Source: Octopus bimaculoides
Taxonomy: Eukaryota
Assembly: GCF_001194135.2 (NCBI RefSeq)
Contig: NC_068992.1
Coordinates: 51,757,282-51,821,281, forward strand
DNA length: 64,000 bases
Direction: 5' to 3'
Part shown: positions 26,056 to 38,119 of the stretch, piece by piece
Numbering within the stretch: position 1 is the first letter of the stretch
How the letters are laid out: the number at the start of each line of letters is the position of its first letter
Program-made: the position numbers and the translations under genes
Notes under the pieces: model-generated
Seen by the model: only the letters and a program-made list of their open reading frames with translations
Databases searched by the model: none
What the model was told of the DNA's origin: nothing

Positions 26056-27894
26056 GCCTTTACATATACTTTCTATCAATCAGCTTCACTCATATGGCAT
26101 TAGTCAGCCTGAGACTCCAGTAATGATCATCTGTTAAATGTGTCACACAGTGAGATGGAAATGAAGACCATATGTCAACTAAGAGAATTCTGCTTCAATC
26201 CGTTGAAATCTTGCGACACAAAGCAATATTCACACGATTCATTGACTTCCACTGTTTTGTTATATAAAGGCTTGTGAATTAGCGATAGGCTGTAAGTAGA
26301 CTGATTATGAAAGGATAGTGCTAGGTCTGTTATCCCTCACCAAAGCAAGTTATTATTACCAGAGGAAATGTTGAAATTTAAGGCTATTTGAAAGAAATCT
26401 CCTGATATGTTCCATGAATTATGAGCATTGAAATAGAAATATCAATAATGACAATAATGATGATGTTGATAGTGTTGGCAGCAGCACTGGTGTTGTTGTT
26501 GTTGGTGGTGTTATGTGTGGGAAGTTTGTTTTTGATGGTGACGATGGTGATGAGGATGATGATGATGATGATGACGACAACAATGGTGGTGATGATTTGT
26601 GCACGACAACAATAAAAGTTAAAACACACACAAAACAGAATTCCCCAAAATATGATGGATGTAAAAATAGTTAAGAATTATGAAAGATATGTAACAGAAT
26701 TATGAATATTAATTACCATTCGGAAATATTTCTCTCTCTAACAAAAAGAAAAAGAGAAGAAAACAACAAAAACAAAATATAACAATGTATATTTTATTTA
26801 GTTTCTCCTCTTCGTATGCCAGTAATCATGTTATTGATTTAAGTTTTATGAATCTGGAATATTTAAAGCCATTTCTTTCAGAGATCAATATTTAGCATGA
26901 TCTGGAAATATGATTTACTACAATTAAATGTGAAAGGAGCTGCGAATAACTGAGGATGCTATGCAATAAAGATGATTGGCTGTAACAAGGAAGTTTTAAG
27001 TAAACATAAACTTAGTGTGAGATATAACATATTAATGAATATTTAGTTAACATTAATTCAGGAGGAAAAAAAAATAAGAAGAGGAAGGAAAAGGAATATT
27101 CCTGGAATACATATAACTGAAGTACAATCTAATTCAGAAAAACGAAAAACAACCTAAAATCTTCAGAATTACTGGCATGATATATTATTAAATAGAAGCT
27201 GCGTTTTACTAGAGGACAATTGTTGAATATTATTTTATCTGATTAGTTCAATGAGCAAGGAGAATTCCTAAGATAAATGAAAAATAAAAACGAAAATTAA
27301 AAATAAAGAAGTCATGTTATCTATCTGAAAGATGAGAGCTGTGTATTCTTGAATTGTGCTTGGCTGCACCAATTTTTGACCATTGCTACAAAGCGATTGC
27401 AAATATCTGAGTAAACTATATCTTTTTTACGCTAAAATTAACTGGAAGGCTTTCTCGTGGATAAATGTTACGCTGTGATTAACAAGTTTTGTTATGAGAG
27501 AATATGAGCTGACAATGTTTTTGTGTGTGATTCAGTTGCTATCTAATATTTTCACATACCACTCTAAAGAATAAAGAATTCTAATGAAATGTATTTCGGC
27601 TATGACAAAAATGGAACATTTGAAAAGAGATGCATTCCCTCTTTCTGGGACATGGTTAATATCAATGCAGGTTTTGCTTGAATTGTAACAGTTGCCATGC
27701 ACATAGGTGGAATATTATGCAGTTAACCAGTGAACTGTTTGAAATCTATTCTTAAATGAGAGAAACATCAAAGAAACTATAGAAATACTGTGTTGTGCAT
27801 TCCAAGTGTTTTGGAAACTCATACAAAGAAAATAGCTTTATTCTGTTTATTGATTTGGAAAGAATGGAATATAAAGTGAAATAAAGCACAAAAT

Positions 27895-27912
27895 AATAGT
27901 GATGATAATAAC

Positions 27913-27972
<60 letters not shown>

Positions 27973-27985
27973 CATAATAATAAAT
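27895..27985. repeat. (AAT)n microsatellite
   Basis: Directly visible. Confidence 0.95.
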
Positions 27986-29344
27986 AGATAGATAAATAAA
28001 TAAATGCTATTTATCATTTCTTAAGTTTGCAGAGTAGATTTTCCAATTGAAACAGTGATCCCTAAGCATATCTTTAAAAGTCAGAGAATTTCTGAAACAC
28101 TGGTAAATTCTTCAGGCTTTCTATTGATTAAAACGAAAAAGAAGTCAAAATCATAAAACATGAACACACACACACACACATGCGTACGAGTGTACACACA
28201 CACACGCAAACACACATGCACGCACAAACACACTCATGCACATTCTTGGTAAGGTTGTTTTTTTTTTTTAATTTTTTGGAAGAAACAGCCAACAGCATTA
28301 ATGTGAAAATAATGCATTAATTCTTTCAAAATTGTTAAAACTTATAACGAAAGTTAGGTGTAAAAAAATGGTAAACAAGTTTACAGAGTGCTAGCTTGCT
28401 GTTCGCAAATATCAGTGAATATCTATTGTATAAATTCAGTATTATCTCTTGCTATGTCACTCTGAACTATACATATATCTCATAGAAATATTAATGAATT
28501 CATTTATTAACAAGTACTTGAAGAAATCCTTTGAACAAATATAGATATTAAAAATAAATTATTAAAGGAAAATCACGAGAATGAAAAATATTTTCAAATA
28601 ATTGATAATATATCGACAATAGGTAAACAAAAGCCTTAATATATTTACAATTAGAAATTAAAACAATGTAAATGAATAAACATACTTTTTGCCGCAGACT
28701 TCAAAAACGTATAGAAACATGAAACTACATACACACACATATGTGTGTATGTGTATGCATTCGTATTTATTTATTTAATAGTGCTCTTCTTAGAAAGAAA
28801 ATGTGAGTTTGTAGCAACAAAGCAAAAGTTCCATTACTACAATTTGGATAATATCAACCAAAATTATCTCATAGTAAAATTTAAGAAAGTCTTGTATGCT
28901 TTTACTGTTTTTCTGCAGGTTGTAAGACTGTGTTGGCCAATCTCTTTTCATAAGTACACTAATGAGCGGAATGTGTAACAAAATTTCTATTTTTATTTTG
29001 TCTTCAGTTAGTAAGTGTTATTTCCTATTTGCTTCTATCAAGAAACCAAAGGAAATGACTACTATTCCCTTCAAACTTTGCTTTGTGACCTGGACATCAA
29101 TGTTTTGAATCTGACTTATTTTCCATTATATTTCAGATAAATTCAGCACTAAGTTGCTGAAGTAAGCTTCTTAACCTTAGAGCCATGTCTCACTTTGTGG
29201 TACCTTGTACATCTTCTGCTATAGCCTTGGGCCAACCAAACCCTTGTTAGTAGATTTTGTAGAAAGAAACTGATCGTGTGTATTCACATATGTATGTGTG
29301 TGTGCATGCGTGTGTGTGTGTGTGTGTGTCAGTGAGTTAGTAGT

Positions 29345-29735
29345 TGGCCTTGCAGGTGGGGCCCTGTAGGAATTTTCTTCAGGTAGAGTAGCCCATCCTG
29401 CTCAAAAGATCCCTGAATAAGGGTTGTTTGAGGATGTTAAACAAAACACTAATGTTTCCAGAGGTGAATTACCCAAACCCCACAGAATTCCTCTCAATAT
29501 GATGCTCCCCCACTACTTCTGCTTATGATCAGAGATGTACATATCATCAGCCACCAAGGGACATGCTCAACTGGTTAAGGTCAAGCAAATGACAAGCAAA
29601 TCTGTGGTATTGAGCAGAATATTTGCTGTAGCCCATCTTTTATATCAAGACAAAACAACGTACATGATGACACTTCTAATCAGTTAAGATCAGAAGCCAT
29701 GAGAGTCACTGCCTGGTACTACATCAGGGCATTTA
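29345..29735 (-). mobile_element. 5' and internal part of the R4/Dong-associated non-autonomous element
   Basis: Begins CTTGCAGGTGGGGCCC, overlapping the end of the 60.4-61.0 kb copies; its other end (...CATCAGGGCATT) abuts ATT repeats. Confidence 0.6.
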
Positions 29736-29744
29736 TTATTATTA

Positions 29745-30040
29745 TCACCCGAGATCGTTGCCAGTGCCCCTGGACTGGCTCTTGTGCGGGTGGCACATAA
29801 AATACACCATTTTGAGTGTGGTCGTTGCCAGTACCGCCTGACTGGCCTTCGTGCGGGTGACACGTAAAAGCACCCACTACACTCTCTGAGTGGTTGGCGT
29901 TAGGAAGGGCATCCAGTTGTAGAAACTCTGCCAAATCACATTGGAGCCTGGTGTTGCCATCCGGTTTCACCAGTCCTCAGTCAAATCGTCCAACCCATGC
30001 TAGCATGGAAAGCGGACGTTAAATGATGATGATGATGATG
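29745..30040 (+). mobile_element. (GAT)n-tailed SINE with internal ~60-bp subrepeats
   Basis: Ends CCATGCTAGCATGGAAAGCGGACGTTAAA(TGA)n; homologous to 63175-63520. Confidence 0.85.
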
Positions 30041-30053
30041 ATGATGATTATTT

Positions 30054-30089
<36 letters not shown>

Positions 30090-30951
30090 AGGCAGCAAGC
30101 AGGTAGATCATTAGCATGAGGGACGAAATGCTTTGTATTATTTTGTCTGTCTTTACATTCTGAGTTCAAATTTTACCTAGGTCAACTTTGCCTTTCATCA
30201 TTTTAGGCTCAATAAAATAAGTACCAGCTGAGCACTGGAGTCAATGAAATCAACTAGTTACCTCCTCACCAAATTTCAGAACTTCTGCCTATAGTCGAAA
30301 GGATTTTTATTATTATTGCTAATATTTTTTTATCCTTATTCCTATTCTCTCATAATTATATTTCTATTTTTAGGCAAAAAAAAACACAGTTTTTATTGAG
30401 AAGTTACCGAAAAGAAATATTAATAACTAAATAAAAGTCAGAAACTAAAAGACAGAGAAAAATATATTATTTCTTTAGTAAACAAATCGATTTGTTGTTT
30501 TGATGGAAATATTACAAAACTTTGAGGCTGTTTAGTTTATTGCATGTTTATAACCTGATATTATTAAACCATACTAATAAGCTTCTTTGAGAAGAAAAAA
30601 GCTTTAAACATATTTTTCAAAAAATTTTATTTATTCAATTATTTAGTTTGGTTGGTTTTCTCTTTCAATAAAATTTATTTTTGAGGCAGGATTTTCCTTG
30701 AGAAAAATTCATTATATTTTTGCCTGCCTGAATTTTCTACAAAATGTTCTTATCTCTCACTTTACCGTTCTAGTTTATTCCTTCCGTCTTCGAAACTTAC
30801 CTTCTATTTTTTTGTTGTCTTTACCTTAATTTATTATCAAATTATCTGATGCACAAAGCATCACTGTGTATGGGTATGCGTGTGTGTTGTATATTGTGTT
30901 TATATACATATATGTATAGATATACATGTGTACACACACAGATATATGAAC

Positions 30952-31002
<51 letters not shown>

Positions 31003-31894
31003 NNNNNNNNNNNNNNNNNNNNNNNNNNNNNNNNNNNNNNNNNNNNNNNNNNNNNNNNNNNNNNNNNNNNNNNNNNNNNNNNNNNNNNNNNNNNNNNNNN
31101 NNNNNNNNNNNNNNNNNNNNNNNNNNNNNNNNNNNNNNNNNNNNNNNNNNNNNNNNNNNNNNNNNNNNNNNNNNNNNNNNNNNNNNNNNNNNNNNNNNNN
31201 NNNNNNNNNNNNNNNNNNNNNNNNNNNNNNNNNNNNNNNNNNNNNNNNNNNNNNNNNNNNNNNNNNNNNNNNNNNNNNNNNNNNNNNNNNNNNNNNNNNN
31301 NNNNNNNNNNNNNNNNNNNNNNNNNNNNNNNNNNNNATATATACATATATATGTATACACGCACATACATACACACACATACACACACACACACACATAT
31401 ACATCCATACTTGTGTCTATATACATATATCTCAATAGATCTGAGGCAGAAAATGAAATTCACGAAATTCTTTATACAAAACCTCTACAATTGTTTTGAC
31501 TCTTTTTGCACCCATAGATCATAGATAAGATGCTGTGCAGTTAATTATCTTGCATCATAGATGCAGAATGCACCTACTCAGATGACTTTTAAGTATGCTC
31601 CTTCTCATTATCTTCTCACCATTTCACTTTGTCTTATAATGTATAGTTGTGTAGATGTGCGAACCAAGCAGTTCAAAAAAAAAAAAAGAGAAAAAGAACT
31701 ACCCATAGAATCATTGAAGTACAAGAAACACTTACAGATTTCTTAACCACATAGCCATGCCTACATTCATTAAAAAACCAAAGCATACATTGTATAAAGC
31801 CACCACTTAAAATGATTTGATCATCATGGCTGTTATCATATTGTCCTGCTGTATCAGTGTTTACTTGAGGGCAAAACAGCAATACTAACAAATA

Positions 31895-32250
31895 CAAGGG
31901 GGTACCCAAAAGAAATTGGACTGTGCAATATTATTTTCTTTACTTAGTTTTACATGTTTATACTTTTATGGCCTTCAAACTATTCTTCATTTGAAGCAAT
32001 GCATCAATCTAGGTACCTTTTCCACTATTCAAAGCAGTGCCGGAACACTTGCGAAGTGATACCTTCTAACATCCCTGTCGTTTTTTTCCTTCACCTCCTC
32101 TACATCTGCAAATTCCGTAGCACCAGCTTTCCTCACCAGTGATGACCTTCAATAAAAGGTCTGGATCAACTTCCAACTGTTCTTTCAATTCATGACATGC
32201 ATTCAGTCATAACTGCTTTTGATCTTCTGTGAGCAAGCGAGGCATATATC
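31895..32250 (-). pseudogene. Internally deleted mariner transposase relic
   Basis: MPRLLTEDQKQL*LNACHELKEQLEVDPDLLLKVITGEESWCYG joined to FADVEEVK...CFE*WKRYLD*CIASNEE*FEG; TA|CAAGGGGGTACCCAAAAG terminus at 31893. Confidence 0.8.
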
Positions 32251-33027
32251 GTTTCTGTTCTTATCTATAATCAAATTATTTGTGAAGTTTAAGAATGACT
32301 CCTTCATTATTTCTAACCTTGCATCTGCATTAACATTTGCTACAGAGAAAACTACTGCTAGTGTGATGACCACACAACACTAAAGTGGTGACCTCACCTT
32401 AGAATGTGCATTCCTTCTCATTTAACAACTTCTTATGGTGACCCTGCACATTTTTCTTCATGAGGCTTTGGTTGGCCTGAGGCTATAGTAGAAGACATTT
32501 GCTCAAGGTGCTATGCAGTGGGACTGAACCTGGAAACATGTGGTCAGGAAGCAAAATTCTTGCCATGCCTATATATGTTATATTTTTATTTTATTCAAAT
32601 GCATCCTTTGTTCTTCAGGATAACAGAATATGATTTGAAAGAAATTTAACTGTTAATTCTGGCATATTAAGATACTCCACACATGCTCCTTCTTTGGCTA
32701 CAAGGTGGTTTTAGTTATTGTTATTACGGATATTGCGATTGTTTAACACCCATGTTGGCTCACATTGAGCTGAACTGTGATCAAGTGTTTTACAGCCATG
32801 ACTGTTCTTTCTTTCTTGAACATTCCCTGTGCTACATTAGTCAATGCATTCCTTTTTAAAGATGTTAAAATATGACTAGAGGAAGATTTAGATGTTACTT
32901 TTAGCAAATCAAGAAGCCACATAGAGGTTTATCTTATTTCTAATTATTTCTGCTGATGACAAAACTTTAAACCTTAATATAAACATGAATAATGCTTCCG
33001 GTAATACAATAAACAGTTTGATATTAA

Positions 33028-33247
33028 TCCTTTAGCATTTAGATTACTTTGTCAAATGTAATGTTTATTTATTCACATTAGTTTGAATTAATCATGGCTT
33101 ATCTCATAACTTTGAGATTTCAACGATGTGGTTGTTTATTTTTAGAATGACATTGCTGCATAAGTGTAAGAGGCCAGATCTGGCCAGTTTGAACATAAAA
33201 CAGGTAGAATATTTTAGTTAGACATGGCTTGTTTAAATGCTAAAGGG
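33028..33247. mobile_element. piggyBac-type MITE, same family as 24578 in opposite orientation
   Basis: TTAA|TCCTTTAGCATTTAGA ... TTTAAATGCTAAAGGG|TTAA, 220 bp. Confidence 0.75.
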
Positions 33248-34479
33248 TTAAATTTAGAAACAGGTAGACATTAACAAAGACCACACAAACACACATCTAT
33301 ACTGAAACATAGAAATAAACCATGAAAATATATTTTCGAATATATATAAGAATTAAATTGAGAATAAAAATATGATGTGAGCAGACATTCAACTTTTGTA
33401 TTGAATCACTGAACTTATCACAGTTGAAATTATTGTGTAATTCCTATCACTATCCCAGATCATCATTCTAACATCAAACATTTCTGCACAAACGAAGCAG
33501 CCTTCATTATGTTAGCAACCTATACTCAGTAAAACACTATTCCTCTGCTACTCTTTCCACCACCACCACCACACCACTTCAGATCCTATCATAATGATAA
33601 CCACCGACATTTTACACAAGTTAAAAGCTATATGTCTTTTGATGTAGAAGCTTGACCCAAAAGATTACAAGATTCTGTGGTTATCATAAATGGTGACAGG
33701 TCACTATTGACCAGGTTTTAAGTTAACCACCATATCAAACAAAAGTCAATGCCGTCTGTTTGAATGGTTCACAGTTATAATTTAGCACACGTGCTCGAGG
33801 TTACTCGTTTCTACTGTTTAAAGTATTTTAGACAAAATTTATCTCCAAAGAAGCTTTTCCTGTTGCATTTGTAGTACTTAAAGTATTACAGAATTATCCC
33901 TAATAGATATGTAATATAATGCCATAATAATGATATTAATAACCCTTTCCACTATAGGCAAAAGGCCTGAAATTTGTGGGGAAGGGGACTAGTCAATTAC
34001 ATTCACACCAGTGTGTGACTGGTACTTATTTCATTGACCCTTTGAATTCTTTAAATTCCCAGGATTATCTAGTATGGGAATTATGATATACATGATACAA
34101 TGCATTACTTTTAATAAAGGGTAGAGAAACCCGAGAGAACTGTATATGACTACAGTCATATAACGGTAAATTCTAAGCACGCAACAGAATCTATGATCAC
34201 AGGGCACCTAGTTGTGAGACTAAGAAATGGCATTCAGCAGCCACTCCAGCTCTAAACTATTGGTGTCACTGCTCCTTGCCACCAGTGCCTTCTTGGCTGG
34301 ATCTGGAAAGGGGATTTCACACATACTCCTTGTGTCAATGATATGGTTGTCCTTTTTCATTGGTCATAACACAAATTTTAGGATCAGACTGACTTATATG
34401 AACTGCTGCAGCAGCTGCAGAGCTCCACATGCGGCACAAAGTCAGCAGTGGCTTCACATGCATCCAAAAGATACACATG

Positions 34480-34850
34480 TGACTGTGTGGTTAAAAAGTT
34501 TGCTTCTAAACTGTCGTTTTGGGTTCAGTCCCAGTGTGTCCTCCTTCGACAAGCACCTTTTATTATGGCTTGTGAGTAGATTTGATAGATGGAAACTGAA
34601 AGAAGCCCATAGAAATATTTATCAAAGTGTCTTTGTGTATGTGTTTGCCTGTCACCACTGCTTGGCAACCTGTGTTGGCTTATTTATGTCCTCATAACTT
34701 AGCAGTCCAGCAAAAGAGACTGATAGAATAAGTACCACTTCTTAAAAATAAGTAGTAGAGTCGATTTGTTTGACTAAAACCCTTCAATGCTCTGCTCCAG
34801 CATGGCCTCAGTCCAATGACTGAAACAAGCAAAAGACAAAAAAATAAAGA
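34480..34850 (+). mobile_element. CORE-like SINE copy
   Basis: GTGACTGTGTGGTTAAAAAG...GGGTTCAGTCCC head through to the GGCCTCAGTCCAATGACTGAAACAAG tail. Confidence 0.75.
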
Positions 34851-35259
34851 TGAATAATTTGTTAAAATGACCAAACGTTTAATGGTTGGAAGATATAACG
34901 ATTATCAAGTTTGATTATCAACATACAAATTGTTTGCTTAAGGCTTATTGACGCCACAAATTATTCAGTCTGCTACATTCTTTATGTTTTATATATCTCT
35001 GTCTAACGAAGGGTTAAGTTACCTTTCTGTATAAAGAGATGCAGCTCAATACATCGTTATTTTTATATTCACAGACACACACACACTAGTCTGATGCAAA
35101 TTTCCAGGCAATGAATTTCACTAAAACACTGGTATCTCAAACCTACATTAGAAGGCAGTATATTTTTATACACTCTCACAAGTACAGAAATCTATCCATT
35201 TATTCATATTTATATGTACACAGATATATGTATATATTTATGTATGTATATTTATATAT

Positions 35260-35280
35260 AAATATATATATATATATATG

Positions 35281-35357
<77 letters not shown>
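35260..35357. repeat. (TA)n microsatellite
   Basis: Directly visible. Confidence 0.95.
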
Positions 35358-35360
<3 letters not shown>

Positions 35361-35819
35361 GCAAATGAAAGACAAAAGATGGAATATACAAGAATTTATT
35401 ATTAATCACAACAATTGTTTCAACACTTCCAGCATTGATGCCTCATGGGTTGGACACTCAACAACTGGTTCAGGAGCATCCAGTGGTGCAGATGTATCTC
35501 GTCGGGTGATAAATAAATACAACTCATCAAAATGACTGATCCGCAACGTAACTTCTCGTTTTGTAGAAAGAAAAGCAGCCAGATGGAGGAAATATCTTCA
35601 TTTATATAGAAGGTAACAAAAATAAAATCACGGATGGCAAAAAGAGAAACGAACACACACTCCAGCTTGAAAAGTATTTAAAATAATCGTTAATAGGTAT
35701 GGACGTATTAGCGTCCTCAGGCAACCCATGCTAGCATGGAAAGTGGACATTAAACGATGATGATGATGATTTACATTATTTACATTTGACATATATTTGT
35801 CCTCATCTTGTTTGTTGTT

Positions 35820-35862
35820 AACACGTTTCAGCTGATACACCCTCCAGCTTTCGTCAGGTGTC
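35820..35862 (-). ncRNA. Degenerate minimal type-I hammerhead ribozyme motif (left arm)
   Basis: GACAC-CTGACGA-A-AGCTG-GAGGGTGTAT-CAGCT-GAAA-CG-TGTT: intact CUGANGA and GAAA cores with a 5-bp stem II; the NUH/stem I junction appears to have a 3-nt deletion. Confidence 0.5.
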
Positions 35863-35888
35863 TTGGGGAAGGTATTTTTCGATGTTGC

Positions 35889-35920
<32 letters not shown>

Positions 35921-36207
35921 TCTCTGCCTGGAATCGAACTCAGAATCTTGGGGTTAGTAGCCTGCGTTCTTAACCACTATGCCCATGCTGATAACCACTG
36001 TGCCTGTGCTCTTAACCACTATGCCATATGCCCATGGGCATATGGCATAGTGGTTAAGAGCGCAGGCTACTAACCCCAAGATTCCGAGTTCAATTCCTGG
36101 CAGTGACCTAAATAATAATAATAATTATAATAATAATAACAACAACAACAACAACAACAACATCGAAAAATATCTTAGGAACGAGAACCCAGGTTCAAAA
36201 TTTCTCC

Positions 36208-36254
36208 AACACACCTGATGAAGGTTGGAGGGTATATCAGCCAAAACTTTGTGC
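36208..36254 (+). ncRNA. Degenerate minimal type-I hammerhead ribozyme motif (right arm)
   Basis: ACAC-CTGATGA-A-GGTTG-GAGGGTATAT-CAGCC-AAAA-CT-TT-GTG: CUGAUGA, stem II and stem I (CAC/GTG) are present, but GAAA is mutated to AAAA. Confidence 0.45.
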
Positions 36255-36799
36255 TAACAACAAACAAAATGAGGACAAATATCCGTCAAATGTAAATAAT
36301 GTAAATAATGGAAATAGAGACTGTCTTTTACTTTCACACCACTACCTCACTCAACCTTATTGTTGCCTGATACTAATCTCATATATTCTTGTAAATTCCA
36401 CTTTGACCAATTACATACTTCAGCTACTTTCTCTCTTCCTCAGGTAGTATTTTCATGAAAATCTCACATGTTCTAATATCCTTTACTTTTCCTTTTCTCA
36501 TAAGGGAAAGACATCATGCATTTTATATTATGCCTGCCACATTATTCTGTATTTGTTTGTTAATATTATTTCCTCCTAGTTATAAATCACTGTCCATTGT
36601 ATTGTAAATTGTAAACCTTTGTAATGCTCCATTTTTCATGATAATAAATATCACTTTTGTTATATTTATAATCATGGACATTCTCCAGAGGAGTGATCTT
36701 GGGTCTTTCAAAGTTGAAACTATTACGAATCAACATAAGATGATAGATGAGAGCTTTTTTTTTTTTCCTGTTTGTATGTATATGTCATTGCCATCAGCG

Positions 36800-37125
36800 T
36801 TGACCCATTTCCAAGTAGTTAATCTGTAGTGAGTGTTTGAACCTCTTCATCTTGATGAGTGCAAAGGGTGCCAGTTCCTGAGATGGTTGTTCAAGCCAAG
36901 GGTGGTGTAGAAGAGCTGGGAGCATTTGTCACAGGAGAGGGTTGGTAGTGGATAATGAAGTGTGAGTATTTCTTTGTGTCTTCGATATCTAATCTCTGCT
37001 TCTTAACATCTGTTATTTTTCATCTGCTACAATCCCTCGACAATTACATGCTACAACTTTGGGTGATCCCCGGCAATTCTCTCCCAAGAATTTGGGTCAA
37101 TGGAGCATTAGAGGAGAGTGGCTTA
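36800..37125 (-). pseudogene. RTE-clade LINE 3' ORF relic
   Basis: NSWERIAGDHPKL*HVIVEGL...EAEIRYRRHKE followed by LSCDKCSQLFYTTLGLNNHLR, resembling the terminal zinc-finger motif of RTE/BovB-like ORFs. Confidence 0.6.
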
Positions 37126-37304
37126 CCTGAATCATATGTCTCCTAGCTAATATTTATCTCAGTTAACCCTAATTGTAGATAGATATAAAGTAAATACTAA
37201 CAACCATTTTACTCATAAAATTGAAAGACGAAATTAAATACATCAAGTTCAGTGTTTAATATTTCTGATAGTCAACCACCTTCAAAAGCAATAAAAAACT
37301 GGCC

Positions 37305-37622
37305 CTCTGTAGGTTATGACTACTAGGGTTCCAGTTTATCTGATCAACGGAACAGCCTTGCTCATGAAATTGATGTGCATATGGCAGAGTACTCCACAGA
37401 CATGTGTATCCTTAATGTAGTTCTCAGTGAGATTCAGTGTAACACAGAGTGTGACAAGGCTGGCCCTTTGAAATACAGGTACTACTCACTTTTATCAGCT
37501 GAGTGGAGTGGAGCAATGTGAAATTATGTGCCTTACTCAAGGACACAATGTGTCACCAGGAATTGAACTCATGACCTTACGATTGTAAGCTAACTACTCT
37601 AACCACTAAGCTACATGCCTTC
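37305..37622 (-). mobile_element. OR-type tRNA SINE copy
   Basis: Tail homologous to 22655; head GAAGGCATGTAGCTTAGTGGTTAGAG on the minus strand. Confidence 0.75.
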
Positions 37623-38119
37623 ATTCACAAGCAATAATTAACAAGGATTTCTTATACTGGTATATGATGATGATAATTTTTTTTTAGAGGTTTACTCTAC
37701 TGAAGGGTCTCCAAGTAGACTCTACTTCCTATTTTATTGTCCTGAAGAGATGAAAAATCAATCAATCCAGGCAGAGTTAAATGGTTTCATATACAACACT
37801 AAATTAACCCTAAAACATAACTGGTACATAGTTTATCAAATCTGAAATTATGAAATTGTTCCTACATGTTTTAACATAATTATAATGGAACATAGTTATA
37901 CATTGTAAAGCATTCAGACTAGCATCTTACCATTTCTTCACTGGTTCCTATGTTATTGAATCAGTTGAGAAGTGAGATAAAAATCAATCCAATCCCGAGA
38001 GAAATATTCAGTGGTTTCTCATATTGGAACAAAGATACATAGATTCTTGAGTTGTTTGCTTGCTTCATGCTCTTGGTTGATGGGGTTGGGGCCATTCCAA
38101 GTTAGTGGCCCCAGAGGTG

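Larger units (their letters stand above)
35770..36308. mobile_element. Head-to-head inverted pair (foldback) of a tRNA-headed SINE-like element
   Basis: Arms 35770-36034 and 36035-36308 are reverse complements around a perfect 54-bp palindrome (36008-36061). Each arm has a tRNA-like head (GGCATAGTGGTTAAGAGCGCAGGCTACTAACCCCAAGATTCCGAGTTCAATTCC), an (AAT)/(AAC)n spacer and a tail ending TGTAAATAATGTAA. Confidence 0.9.

Noticed and set aside
29640-29735. Possible HDV-like or hammerhead ribozyme at the 5' end of the Dong-associated element
   Set aside because: Only simple hairpins were found; I could not build the nested pseudoknot, and CTGATG is not followed by A...GAAA.
34227-34697. 156-aa + ORF with a signal-peptide-like start
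   Set aside because: Its last third is a SINE, there are no supporting splice sites and no recognisable domain; probably chance in a GC-richer relic.
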